Of a stretch of 64,000 bases of DNA, positions 50,250-63,294 are shown one piece after another. The translations under genes and the position numbers were made by a program. Under the pieces are notes generated by a model that worked only from the letters and a program-made list of their open reading frames with translations, had not been told where the DNA came from and made no database searches. This DNA is from Epiperipatus broadwayi (lineage: Eukaryota > Animalia > Onychophora): the NCBI GenBank assembly GCA_028023455.1, contig JAQFVV010000009.1, positions 17,794,001 through 17,858,000 on the forward strand. The letters are read 5' to 3'. The first letter of the stretch is position 1; every line of letters starts with the position of its first letter.

Positions 50250-51400
50250 TTCCCAAAATATCTCTATTCCTTCACATGTTTGTCTACCAACCATATATAA
50301 CTATTAAATAAAATTATGCCAGAAGAATATAATAATTAATATTCATATTTGGAAAGATGAAATTTTTTACTAAGATCATTATAATTAAAAGAACTTTGGA
50401 CTCAAATTGATCAAAAGAACAAACTAGATTTATAAATGATGGAAAAACTGATAAGTACTAGGTACCATTTTGCATTGGATTTGCAAATTATGATAAGGCA
50501 TTTGACTTTAGAAGCATTTATATTTTGAATAAAGTTTGGAATATCATGACATAACTAAGGATATTATCAAATTCTGAAAAATATAATACAGCTACAATGT
50601 TTAGGTTTCATGATGACACTAAGATTAATATTAGTAAGAATAAACTGCTAAGCAATTATACCTTTCAAAAGCTTTACTTCAAATTTTATAAAATATTTTG
50701 TGGATTAAATTGTAAAACTAAAGAAATAAAAAAATAGATTAATAAATCATTTGATTTCAGAGCTGATGCAAATGTTTTCACAAATAAATTTCAGATTTCC
50801 AAAAAATGTTATAAGAGTTGTCAGATAAAAAAATTATATAAAATAAAAAAGCTAAAGTAATTCTTAATGGTTTCAAGGAGAAAATAAAAATTGACAGTGA
50901 TAAATTTAAAATTAATGTTAATAAATAATTTGGTTAAATTAATCATAAAATTGAATTTGGATAGAGAGCTTTTAGTGGAAATGTGTTCAGATATTTTTAC
51001 ATGCTTACAAAGAAATTTTTTTAATGTTTTACCAATGCTTTATTTTAGGTCTGAGATTTAAACACTTAAGAGGAAGAGCAATTCAGAGATTGCAAACTAT
51101 GCAGTGAATCAGGAGGAGATATATATATATTGGGATTAGTAAAAAGAGATTGAAAGTGAAATGCATGGGTGAAAGAACAAACATATTTCCTTAAAAAAAG
51201 ATACTGAAATGGGGTTGGGCTAGATATATTGCTAAAATAGATGACAATAAATGAGCATTTGAAACGACTAGTGAGATCAATGTAGACGATAAGAAAGCTT
51301 GTAGGAGTGCTACAGAGAAACTGAATTGAAAATCTGGATTAAACTCATACTTGCATTGCAGGGAATCAGTAATGATTGAAATTGCTGATGAAATATATAC
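50250..51400 (+). mobile_element. Degenerate RTE-clade LINE fragment
   Basis: PFCIGFANYDKAFD (cf. LAFIDYEKAFD), RADANV (cf. RFADDIV), RSEI*TLK (cf. GSETWTL) and WARYIAKIDDNK occur in order. Confidence 0.6.
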
Positions 51401-53249
51401 ATATTTATAGATAGTTTGTATAGAAATAAATACATGTAAATAGTTTTATATTAACTGTGCTGCTTTCATTTTGTTATAAATTTTTGTTATAAATTTCAGA
51501 TATTTCATTTTTCTTACTTACTTATATGTAATGAGTACGTGTTTATTGAGTACATGTGATAAAATTTGTTTTTATATTTAAATTTAAATCATTCATACAG
51601 TCTCTTTTTAATTTTAAAATAATTATTATTGTAGGCAGTTGATGTCTATCTTTGAAACAAGTTTACAAGGTTTCATTTGATTGCCTTTTACATTAATATT
51701 CAGAAAAAGTAGGACCCTCTTATTTAGATGAATAATTTAGATATATAGGGAGGTAAATATAATAATAAAATAATTATAGAATGTAGGCATATTTAATTAT
51801 ACCTTAGTGTATTTCTCAACTTATATATTTTCAAAAGATTTTTCTATGGTTTTAAGTATTGAGTTTATTTATTTTAAAATTAAATGGTCCTTTATCTGAC
51901 TTGGACAATAAAAACATAATTAATGTAATATAATTTACAAGTTATTGAATAATAATAAAAAAAATAGTATGCTTTCAAAATTTTCTTACAAATTTATAAA
52001 TTTTGATTGTTTTGTTTTTTTCCCATCAAAAATAAATATTATGACTACTAATTATTTTGGTCTGGCTTTTTTCATGGAATTAACTTTATTTTTGATATTA
52101 ATTATAGTCAGTTTTTTTTTTTTAATCATCAAAATATCTTTTAGTAATTTTTGGAATTTCGTCATTATAAAGTATGGTTTTAAGATAAAACTATCTTAAA
52201 TAGACTACTATAGAGCAAAGGCTCTTCAATATCATTCCACAAAGATTTAGTTAAAGAAAAAAAAAAACAATATCCAGGCTAATCAGTTACCAATGGTAAG
52301 AATTTTTGCAATTTTCTTTCCTTGATTTTCTTTCTCTTGTCAATAATTTTTATATATGATAGTATTACTTTAAATGATAGTTAGATTTTTTTACTAACAA
52401 ATCTGCATGATTGTATGCTAAGAATAACAGCAGTTCCTATCAATGTAAGAAAAGATGAAATTAATTAAATATATATAATTGTATTATCTGTTATTCAGGA
52501 GATTATGTGACATTTTAGCACTAAGATAGATTGAGCATCTTTAGCTCTTGAATCCTCTATTTTATCAATTCATTAAACTATAAAGAGCACTAATTTCAGT
52601 GTTTGTCTGTAATGTTGACATAGAACATTTGGGGGAGTTTTGAAATAGAAAAGCTTTTATAAAAATACATGTTAATCATAAAACACATTAGTTACTCTCT
52701 TTATTTACATAGTGAATTAATAATTGAGACCATGAATAAAAAAAAAAGGGTTTAAAATTCAAATTAAGAGAATTTTCTACTATAAGTACTTCTTTCAGTC
52801 TTTTTATATATATATTATTTGAATTCATTTAAATAAGTATAACAATTTTTTATTTTACCAATTGTATGTGTGTGTGTTTTTATATCATCCCAGATTTTCT
52901 AAATCATTTTTTTTTTACAATATTTTTAATCTTGTATAATTTTAACTCCCACTCATCTATGTTTTTATCTCATTAGCTTTATTGTTCTTGTTTTTCATGT
53001 ATTTTGCTGTCATTATAAGCCTATTTAATTATTATTACTCTTTCTTTTTTATTTTATTATGGTTATAAAGATTTATACATATACACACATGTATACATTT
53101 GATCTTGGAAAGAAAGGTAGATCGAGACCTATATCAGTTAGTTCAAAGTTAATCTAGGCAGCCTTGCATATTAGGCTAACTTTCTATTCTATGTTGAAGC
53201 CTATTTTTGACTAGGTATATCAAAAAAGTTCTTCAAGTGCTAATAATTT

Positions 53250-54680
53250 ATCTCTGTCTTTGATTTTGTCTAATATGCCACAAAAAGTTTGGCAGATGTT
53301 GAGATCTGTTTGATCAAAAACAAGTTTACATCTGGTGAGCCACAGAGCGAATGTCACAAAGGTGTCTAACCTGATGATGGAAAAGACTCCAGTGTTGAAA
53401 GCATTTTTAAGTGACAAGAGGTTATGAGTGCCAACTGACACTTTTTCTTTAAGTATAAGTCTAAACGGATAGAAAAAATGGCAGTTATGTTATAGGTGCA
53501 GAAAGGATTCTTCCTCTGTTTTACAAAGCTGACACTGTGGGCCCAATTTTGAGAACCCTCTTCTGTAGATGAGAAACTGGTTAGTGGGCAGTGAGGAGAG
53601 TTTTAATTTTATGAGGAAGTCTATGTGATTGGGTTTCAAATACAAGAATCTTGATTTCTTAATTATTTGTTTATTTGATACTCCTAGTTGAGCATGTAGT
53701 ATATTCTGCTTTTAATGCATCAAATCATAGACCTCCCAATATGATTTTTTGCTCACCAAGAAATGCTCTGTTAGGTTCATTAGGCTTCTTTTATATGACT
53801 CCAAATGTCATTGATCCTTTTTGCTACTAAACGGCAGTGGAGTATCAGTTGGCTCAAAAGGTAAATCTAGGTCACATTCTACCTGCTTCAAATAGACTGC
53901 AGCAATATGCTAATTGCTTTTTGAGCATAGAATGAGGAAATCAGGTGCAACCCAAGCCCATTCATATATTTAGGTATTTGCATTTTTGCCAGACTGATAG
54001 ATACAACCTCGCCCTTCCTAAATAGTCTGGAACAAATTGTATTAATTCTCTTTTCAAATTCCTTGGTTGGCTTTATTATCAGCGGGAAATAATTAATCCT
54101 GTGAAATATCAGCATATTGAGAAGGTGCGTCTTCCCAGGTAGTGATAATGAAACTCGTGATAATGATGCAATCTTCTCAGTTTTTGCCAGAATGGAGCTC
54201 TGAATTTCTTATCTCATAGCGATGTTCGATTTTGCAATCGGAAATCCCAGAAAAGTTTGGGCTTGAGCAGTAAAAATTGATGTTATTCTAGTTCCTGCAG
54301 TAATTTTCCACATGGATGACTTACTATGATTTATAGTAAGGTTTAATCCCACTGAAAATTTATCCAAGATTTGCTGCAGTTGCGGCCAATATTTTTTGGT
54401 AGGCAAGAAAACGGTAACTTCATCCACATATGAGATATAATGTACCTCTTCTTTCAAGGCAGAACATATATTCCAGGTATCCTTTGCTCAATTTCTTCCA
54501 TAGGCAAACGGGTGAATGCGGCGTATATATAAACGATTCTGCCAGTAGCGAATCTCCGACTACATCTACTAACTACATCAATATATCCAATCCATTGACC
54601 CAATCTAACAACGACACAAATAACCTAAGATTACCCTCCCCTACAAATCTATACAGCCATTCATGCCCGACTTAAGTTTA
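53250..54680 (-). mobile_element. Degenerate L1/Tx1-like LINE, RT and C-terminal region
   Basis: Track ORFs: ISYVDEVTVFL...ILDKFSVGLNLTINHSKS...FLGFPI and INTICSRLFRKG...QIPKYMNGLGL (cf. PKxxGGLG typical of L1/Tx1). Confidence 0.7.
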
Positions 54681-56393
54681 ACATTGATATATTTTAATTT
54701 ATCGGAACAGAAATCATAAATAAACTTAAAGAACAAAATTAAATAAATGGAAATGATTTTAAATAAATAAATAACAAATACATCAAATAACATTATTAAT
54801 AAAGAATTTAGTTTGGTCAGATAGGATTCTATTGCATTATTTACTAAAAAGTTTTAAAATTTAGAGTTCTTATTGTTTCAAGTGAATATAAAGTTCTTAC
54901 AATTCTTAAAACGTCCAACTTTATCCGTTGCTTGCCATGAACGTGAATTCCCACGCCGTCCTAACCGATTTATTTATCCATCCGGAGATTTTTGCTTTAA
55001 CTAGTCCTCAATGTAGAAAACGATAGTTCATTTCTCTTTCTTTCTTAGCAGAACTGAAGGGATTGAAGAGTGCGTTTTTTCAATCCCTTCTCCTTCACTT
55101 CAGCACTAACACATATCTGTCACATCGTAAATAATCTATCATCCTTTAATAATTTCCAAACTTGTCTTTTTTATATTAATTTGAAGGATTGAATTTACAT
55201 TGCGTCATCGATGAGATGGTCTTTTCGCTGAGGTCCGATTCCATTGCTTTTCTCTTCATTGGCTATTAGTTTCTATTGTTTTCCTATCTGACCGATGCTT
55301 TTACATTTAAATGCCCAAGGCTAGTTTACATTTAACTAATTAAAACAATCATTTCCATTTCTGATTAATTAATGTGTTTTCCAAGATTAAAGATATATTT
55401 TTATCTCTAAATCTTTTTAAGTTTTTGTTTTTAAAATACCTTTCTATTTTTAATAAAGTTTTATTTTAATAATTTTTTTTTTATCTGTGCGATTTATATA
55501 TACGAGTTGAAGATGATATTTAATTTCAATTTTTAATTCTTAAAAAAATTTTTTAAATGTGAACTTCTTATTTTAACTTCATGTTTAATAATAAAAAAAC
55601 AATGTAACGTCGTCTGTGCTCGTTACAATATATATATAGGGAAGATTTCATTTAATAAAATATACATTAAGATTTGACCCCCTCCTTTTCTGCTATTTAA
55701 AATAAATCAATCCCACCTTCGTTGATTTTATAATAACTGGAATATTTAAATATTGTATTTGATATTTTAAGAGTATGGAACAATAAAATAAAAATTAGCA
55801 GTTATATATAGAAAACAATTAAGTCACCCTTTCAGAATTGAATAAATAACATTTATAAAATAAATAAGTTTCAGAGCGTTAATTAGCCTAAGTTCTGGAT
55901 TCACCCCGGGTAGAAAATCCAGAGTTAAACAAATATATTTTTATACTAAAACTTAAATAAAATGTTGGCTTGTAAAAACAATCTGCCAAGCTTATTAATT
56001 AATAATGCATTGTTTTAAGGGGACATTAATAACCTTGATTCATGAAAGTTTACTTAAAAAAAAGAAAAGATTTTACAAAATTCAACTCGTCAGATTGTTT
56101 GAGTTTGGCATATTAATAACTAAAATAGATATATAAAATCAAATAATAAATAAATGACCGCACCAAAGTTAATGAAAGTTAAGAGCATATGAAAGAGAAT
56201 TAAATTTGTAGAAATTATTTAAGAGCAAATTATATTTTACATAAAGTTATATCAGTTATGAAAGAAATCTTGATGAGATTAGTTAGGCTAGATTTACTTT
56301 TAATGGTGGTGCCTTGAAAATTTACCTTGCACTATTTTATGAGTCCATATTTTAAAGTCTGTTTATGCATGACAATTGGTTCTTAAATAACAG

Positions 56394-56497
56394 CAAGCTT
56401 TTATTCAGCATTCCACAATTCTCCAGTCGGGCTTTTATTTCATTCTATGGGAGCATGATATAATGGCAGCGGAAGATGACCCTCACGGGTCAGAAAG
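56394..56497 (+). CDS. Candidate coding exon QAFIQHSTILQSGFYFILWEHDIMAAEDDPHGSE(R), or first exon starting MAAEDDPHGSE
   Basis: aataacag acceptor, only one frame open through to the strong aag/gtaatg donor, GC higher than flanks, and an internal ataATGG in good context. Confidence 0.45.
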
Positions 56498-57229
56498 GTA
56501 ATGAGCTTTCTATGCTTACATTTCAAAACAGCTTGGATACAGTTAATTGTACAGTTCTTTCAGTAGTAGCTAATCTCTCTTGATTTAAAATCCAGCCATT
56601 TTATACTCTGCCCAGGTATTTCTGGAATGCTTTTAATTACTTAGCTTTAGCCTTAAAATCTAATCTCTGATCTAACAGAAATTTTACATTTTTTTGTTCA
56701 TTGTTTTTGAAAGATGCAACGTTAGATAACGTCCAAAAATAAATTCAAATCTATTTCTAGATTAGAAATAGATTTGACAAAAATGTTTATAACAAAAGAA
56801 AATATTTAATCTTAATCCCATTTTAAGTAAAAACTTTAATTAAAATACCTTCCCCAGATTAAAACAATAGTGTTTCCAACCTTTTAATTATTTTTGGACA
56901 ATACCGGTTGCATCTTCCATCTTGGATTTTACAAAATATACAGTTTAAAAGGAAAAACAAGCAATTTAAAAGGAAAAAGTTTAAAAAATGACGTATAATA
57001 AAATATTTAAAACATCAATATTTTGTTAGTAAGTTTTTGGTTCTATACATATATTTGATCTGCACCTATGTACTTTAATAATAAAGGACTAATAATTAAT
57101 AAAAAGAATTAATAATAATTAAAAAAATGTTATTGAAACATTAAAATTTTATAACTTAGGCACACATCTCAAATATGTACATAAAATATATATACACGAC
57201 AAAAGGAGCAGGATGGGATATAGGGTTTG

Positions 57230-59560
57230 AATACAGGTTAGTAGATAGAACTATGAAGCTCGATCTTAAGCTAAGATTGACTGCTTCAATATGTAGAATG
57301 TAAAATCATTTGAGAAGAGCTGGGAAATTTGAAAATTTGAAAAAGGAAATAAAAATAAATAATATTGATGTTATAAAATTAAGTGAAGTGAAATAGGAGG
57401 GATGTGGAGAAGAAAATAGTGAGAATGTTGTTTTATTCTGTTTGTGATAGAGCAGTAAATGGAAGCATTGATGTTAGAAAAAATAAATTGGAATAGTGCA
57501 GCAAAGATAGATTGTGATGATAATAGACTTATGATGAGGACAAAAACAGCCCTAGGAATATGGTATTTATATAAGTATATATGCCAACTACCAGTCATGA
57601 TGAATTTGAAATTGATGCGCAATATAAAAAGATAGAAGAAAGTATACAATGTGAAGGTAAAAATACATTATACAACATAAAAATGCATGTATAATGTTAT
57701 TGAATGGAATGCTATTATGGATAGAGATAAGAAAGGAAAAATTGTTGGGAATTATAGTATTGGAAAAAGAAATAAAAGAGGCAGCCAGCTTGTGGAATTT
57801 TATAAGGAGAATAGGTTTGTGATTGCAAACAGTTTAAAAATCATTCAAGAAGATTGTACACATGAAAATCATCAGGTGATAAGAGAATGATATCAAATAG
57901 ACTATACAATGATTCAGGGTGATATAAGAATGCTATTTTGTATTTTGCCTGGTGCTAATATAAACTCTGATCCTAATTTGGTTATAACTAAATTAAAGTT
58001 GAGTTTTAAAAGAATAAAGAGGGAAAAGATATGTAAGATGGAGCTTAGATAAATTGAGAGAAATGGAGAAAAGAAGATTTGTTTTAATATGTTAAAATGT
58101 AATAAAAAGAATTGATAAAGATGAGGAATATGTGAATAGTTCTGATAAGTGTTGGTGTAGAATTAAAGAAGAATTATTAAAAACAGCAAAAATTGAAATA
58201 GAAACTATTCAGTTAAATAAAGCTAAAGGTCTTGGATAATGGAAAATATATTGGAAAAGATTGAAGTACAGAGAAGTTGGAAGAATGCCGATACTGAGGA
58301 GGGCTAAAGAGTATATAGAAAAATTAATAATGAACTAAGGAGAGAAAGAAATTTAGCAAAAGAAAAAATGATTGGAACAAGAATATAGAGAGATAGAAGT
58401 GCTTCAACAGATAAGAAAGATATGATCTGGTATTTGATAGAATTATAAATGTCACTTGCGAAAAAAAAAGGTTAATAAGTACTGATAAGAATGGAAAGAG
58501 ATTAACTGATAGTGATGACATATTGAAAAGCTGGAAAGAATACCTTTAATATCTATTTAAAAAATAAAGTAATTCAGTTATTTATGAACTTGAAAATGAT
58601 GTTTTTAAATAGATGATAAAGATATGGATATATTGGCAGATAAAGTAATAAATTCAATTGATAAAATAGTTAAACTGTTGGATTTGATACAATACCTATA
58701 AATTTTTAGAAAGAAATGGGCGAAATTATTATGAAGGACATAGTTGGACTTGCAATTTGATCTCTAATAGTGGAGTTGAGCTTGAAGATTTTTTCAAGAC
58801 TGTGAATATTACAGGACAATAAGCTTGCTATCTCATGCTTCTAAAGTTAACCCAAAGAATTTATGATATTGGAGAAGGCTGATTTGGTTTTCAGAGAGAG
58901 GAAAGTACAATAGATGCTATTGGTCTTGTTAGAATAATTGCAGAGAGTTACATTGAAAAAGATAAAGGAATTGATATATGTTTTGTGGATTTGGAAAAAG
59001 CATTTAATAGAATCTGAAATAAACTTATGACCATCTTAAAAAATAAAAGAGTATTTTGGAAAAAAGAATTTGGAATATATATACTGGATGAAGAATAAGA
59101 ATTAGACTGGAGAATAATGATACTGATGAAGTGAATATAGAAAAAGGAATTAGGCAAGGATATAATATGCTATCTGTGTTTTTTAAAATTTATAAGTCAT
59201 GTTAAATAAATGTTTAGATAGAATAATAAAATGTATAAGTCTTAGAGATGATGTGGTTCTTATAGCCAAAAATGAAGTCTTCAAAATATATTAAATAAAT
59301 TGGAGGAAGGGTGTATGGAATATAGAATGAAGATTAATGTTGAGAAGTTTGTGAATAGAGAGGAATACAAAAAGACTGCAAATTGAAATCCATGATAATA
59401 TAGTTCAACAGGTAAATAGATTTAAATATTTAGATAGTTGGTTGAATGAGGATGGAAGAAATAAAAATGAAGTTAAAAGAAGAATAGCATTGGCAGAGTT
59501 ACTAAGAGATAGATTTGTAATTTGTGGACTTTTGAAGAGAGAATTAAGAATGTTAATTAA
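57230..59560 (+). mobile_element. Degenerate near-full-length RTE-clade LINE (APE endonuclease + RT)
   Basis: [84 protein letters not shown] and FKYLDSW...EVKRRIALA occur in order, with many stops. Confidence 0.9.
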
Positions 59561-59639
59561 AAGTATATGTATTTAATATATTTAACCCGTGCAAATCTTC
59601 GTTTTAACATATATATATATTAAGTACTTTAACACTGGT

Positions 59640-60480
59640 CAGGCAGTTCTTTCTTCTACCATCCTAGCTCAGACCAGAGAATCTTAACCCACTTTTATGT
59701 CTGGGTTGGTGTTCTGGGCAATTACTTTCTGGTTCATAAATATCACGTCTAAATCTTTTCTTTCCTTTAAAGCTGTCTGACAATCTCTGCCTATTATTTC
59801 TATCCCAATTATTCTGATCCCCACTATACTGTATAATATCATGAAAGTTTCTATTTCCTTCTTTGTCAAGGAGCTTAAATCTCTCTTCTTTGGTTCCATA
59901 TTGAAACCTAGTACTGTCGAGTACTTCCATAAACTCAACTATCCTCTCTACTGCTTTCCTTTCAGCACTTATTTTTACTCTTGTATCTTTCTTGATCTTA
60001 GAAATGTTCTTCTTTATGTATATGCTAATTTTTATGTTTTTTACTTTCTTGTGAATATTTCTGTCTTTATTTTCAATTACATCAGTATGCGTAATCTCTA
60101 ACTTTTCCACTCCATGTCTTTCTTTAGTCAAATCTATCTCTATCCCATCGCTATAACTTTTTTCACTTTCTTCAACCCTTTTGTTTTTTTCTTGTCATAT
60201 TCCCTTGCAATCCACTTCCATTACCTGCTGCCTTGTTTGCATCTCTTCCAACCTATCGCTATTACTCTGATGGCGGTCCCTACATTTTTTTTCTATGCCA
60301 TGGAGCATTTTTTCCATCCCTAAGGATATTTCTTCCCTAAAATCATCAAACCTTTTAGTTATTTCCTTTGACATCTGATTGAGGTCTAGTTTTATAGTAT
60401 TTAAAAACCTCTCCATCATCATCATTAAGTTTTCTTCTTTCCCTCTGGTTTTCTCTTCGCTTTGTGGATCCATTACTGCT
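59640..60480 (-). mobile_element. gag/ORF1-like coiled-coil retroelement remnant
   Basis: Long charged heptad-like frames (track ORFs 60195..60473 and 59664..60131) broken by frameshifts. VEFMEVLD...EERFKLL is reminiscent of Gypsy-type gag. Family not certain. Confidence 0.4.
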
Positions 60481-61299
60481 TGCTTTGTTACACACTTAGA
60501 TTATATATATATTTACTACTGATATTATGGTTTAACGCTACTTTTATTTGCTACCTTTTTGCTTATACGAATACTTAGCGCACACTGCACCATACTCCTC
60601 TTATTCTAACCATAATGTATTTCTCCCTTTTGAGCTATGTTCCCCTTATTCATTTATTGACTAAAAATAAGAAAATCTATTTTCTGAGATCGTTCTTCAA
60701 ACACTAATACTATTCAATATAAATAAAAATAGTCCATCATTAAACTATACAAGTATTGAAAGTGTTTTTAAAACAAAACAAAAAAAAAAAAACTGATTTT
60801 GAATAGCATTGCAATTATAAATGTTATGCACTGTCGAAAAATTTCTTATCAACACGATTTCAAAATTTCACATTACTCTCTAATAAAGCTTTACTTTTTT
60901 TTTTTAAAATTTATTCCCAAAGTCTGCCATCCATTTTTATTAAATACGTAATTTATACTTATATACTGCCGTTTATTTCTTTCTCCGACAAATTATTTAT
61001 CTAACTTTTCTTTTTTTAAAAATATGTTTATATGGTAAAATAATCTAAATCATTATTATTGTAGTGACAAAGGTCACTTCAAAAACAAAACAAAGTTTAG
61101 AATTCTTATTTATAAAGATTCCTAATTGTAAATCTTTTTTTTTTTTGGTTTAAAAAAATTTTTTTTCTTTAACACTTTGCTTTTCCAAGATTTTTTTTAA
61201 ATTTACATTTAGCGGCCATATTTTTCCTATACTGGCCACATTAAATCAGGCCCAACACGTTCGGTGCCAACATTTTTCGTCTATACCAGTTAATCTAAA

Positions 61300-62060
61300 A
61301 AGATGAGTATGCACATATATTGAACATGAAAAAAAAATATGGCAACATGCCAGGGTAAGAAGCAATTTTAAATCTTTTTATGATCACCGTGATGCAGTCA
61401 TAAGGATGGTAATTAAAGTATTGGTTCTTACATACCTTTGAAGGATTACTTTAATTATAACCCCTCGTGCCACTCCTAGAAAGAGAAAAAATAATTTCTC
61501 CTCCTGAAAGCATATGCAAGGCCAAATATTATATTAAATATAGTCAAACAAACAAAAATCTAGTAGAAATTAATACCCTAATGACTAAAGATTTAAATCC
61601 TGATAAGTTGGTATCCCATATAATAGCCCAGCATCTCTTTATCCCAGGTAAAGAAATGGGAATTGCAAAACTCATGTAATTATCTAATTATTTTAGAGAA
61701 AGAAATATGAATAAAGTATGCAAGCCGTAAGCCAACTCTAAAAGTTATGAAATATATATTTATTGAACCCAATATCTCTTCACCGATTACAAAGATAAAT
61801 ACAATAGGAATAAGACCCAATGCAGAGAAAAAAAATTTATGATAATATAATAGTTATTTTGCTTAAGAAATATAATATCAAAACATAAAAAGAAAAGAAT
61901 CAATTAGTGGGAGAGAATGGTCTGAGAATCATAGCCTCATTTACGAATACATTATACAAATACTAAATAATACATTAAATAAGGTTGATATTTTATGCAA
62001 AGAAATACATAAATGAAAAATTAATAACACACGATAATATATATGAAATTAATAAAATAG
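61300..62060 (-). pseudogene. Probable ancient NUMT of mitochondrial ND5
   Basis: T-rich minus strand; with the invertebrate mitochondrial code it gives colinear echoes of ND5: MYS..SDH..FLFMF, IMLS*..ALGLI (cf. ILLGWDGLGLV), LGSMNMYF (cf. YGSWNYIF), AIPISLPGM (cf. AQIPFSSWLPAAM), LISTSFL, IIFSLS..GVMI (cf. KIIALSTLSQLGLMM) and GMLPYF. Manual comparison from memory; needs frameshifts and one deletion. Confidence 0.5.
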
Positions 62061-62152
62061 AGTGTACCATATAAAGTCTTTTTCATATCTCTCTGGGCTC
62101 TGAGAAGGCTATTCATCTGTTCATCCAGAATGGTGAGGACTTCTCTTGAATA

Positions 62153-62270
62153 CGGCATTATTCAGCAGCTTTCATCATCACTTGATGGCTGGATTTATGA
62201 GATATTTCTGACGGCATTATTCAGCAGCTTCCATGATCATTTGATGGCTGGATCTAGGAGACACTTCTGA
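62153..62270. repeat. Two-copy tandem repeat, 59-bp unit
   Basis: cggcattattcagcagctttcatcatcacttgatggctggat... at 62153 and cggcattattcagcagcttccatgatcatttgatggctggat... at 62212. Confidence 0.9.
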
Positions 62271-63294
62271 TGGCAGGAGCGGAGGTGGGTGGGTGCACTG
62301 ACTGGGGATTTCTACTCCATGACGCTTTCACGGACAAGAGTATACTTGTGTTTCAGGTTTAATCATAATTTCCTCTTTGGTCGACAATTATCCACTAATA
62401 AGAGTGTTTTCTTTTTGGTTTCTACAGCACTGGTAACGGTTCTCTTTTACTTTGGGTTTTCCAAACACCAGCATCTTCCCGTAAACACAGTCCTGTATCA
62501 CACTAATAATAATTGGCTAGTTGGAAATCATCTTGAAGCTTGCTCTACATCATTGTGATATAAAAAATATCTAGAACTCCTTGAATGGTTGACTGTTTGT
62601 CTCTGTATGTTCGACTCCAACTCTCTAAGTTTACGTAAGTTGAATAAGTTCAATAAATTCACCTCCAATTCTAAGATTAAGCAAGCAAGTTAAAAAAAAT
62701 CCAATAAGTTAACATTAGTGAGTGAATGATTGACTGATTCAGGGAGTGAGTGATTGACTCAGAAAGAGTTAGTGAAAGTGGGTGACTGAGTGTCCGAATC
62801 TCCCAAGCATTTGGTGAATAGCTTATATAGTCCACTCATTACAATCCCAATCCAGGTACCCCTTTGAAAAACATTTAATTAGCTAATTTTGACTTTTGTT
62901 AATGGATTCATACAATGCATGAAGCATTCCTATGTAATCCCCTAATCAATCTCAAGAATTTTTATTTTTAATTAAATTTATTATCTACTCCGACCACTAT
63001 CTCATTCAACACAAAAAAAAAAAAGAAAAAAAATTTACTATGTAACATATTTTTGATAATTAGATTACATTTAAAAATATTTTTTAATTAAACTAGATAT
63101 TTTTCTCCACCCACATTAACATAAGTTTTAACGAATTCTTTTGTCTAGTTGAAATACTTGAAAATTAAAAAAGAACTACTAAAAATACAAATGCCTTTAG
63201 GCTTTTCTTAAATTTAGAGTAATGACTTTCCCTCCTGCTTAAATGTGTTTGTAGAGAAAAATAACCAATAAAACTTTTGATTTTAAAATTTATG

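Noticed and set aside
3178-52199. The many 60-90 aa F/L/I/K/Y-rich ORFs in the supplied track (e.g. 3178, 5476, 20770, 25450, 38120, 43402, 48379, 51945)
   Set aside because: Low-complexity translations of AT-rich or homopolymer DNA, or antisense frames of TE remnants, with no recognisable motifs.
55056-55090. Histone 3' stem-loop or Helitron terminal hairpin
   Set aside because: Sequence and size do not match the 6-bp/4-nt histone stem-loop, and there is no correctly placed CTRR end followed by T on either strand.
61380-62060. ND4, ATP6 or COX3 identity for the putative NUMT; host gene from track ORF 61467..61679
   Set aside because: Those matches were isolated and not colinear, and ND5 fitted in order. 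The plus-strand ORF is the antisense of the hydrophobic frame and has no recognisable motif.
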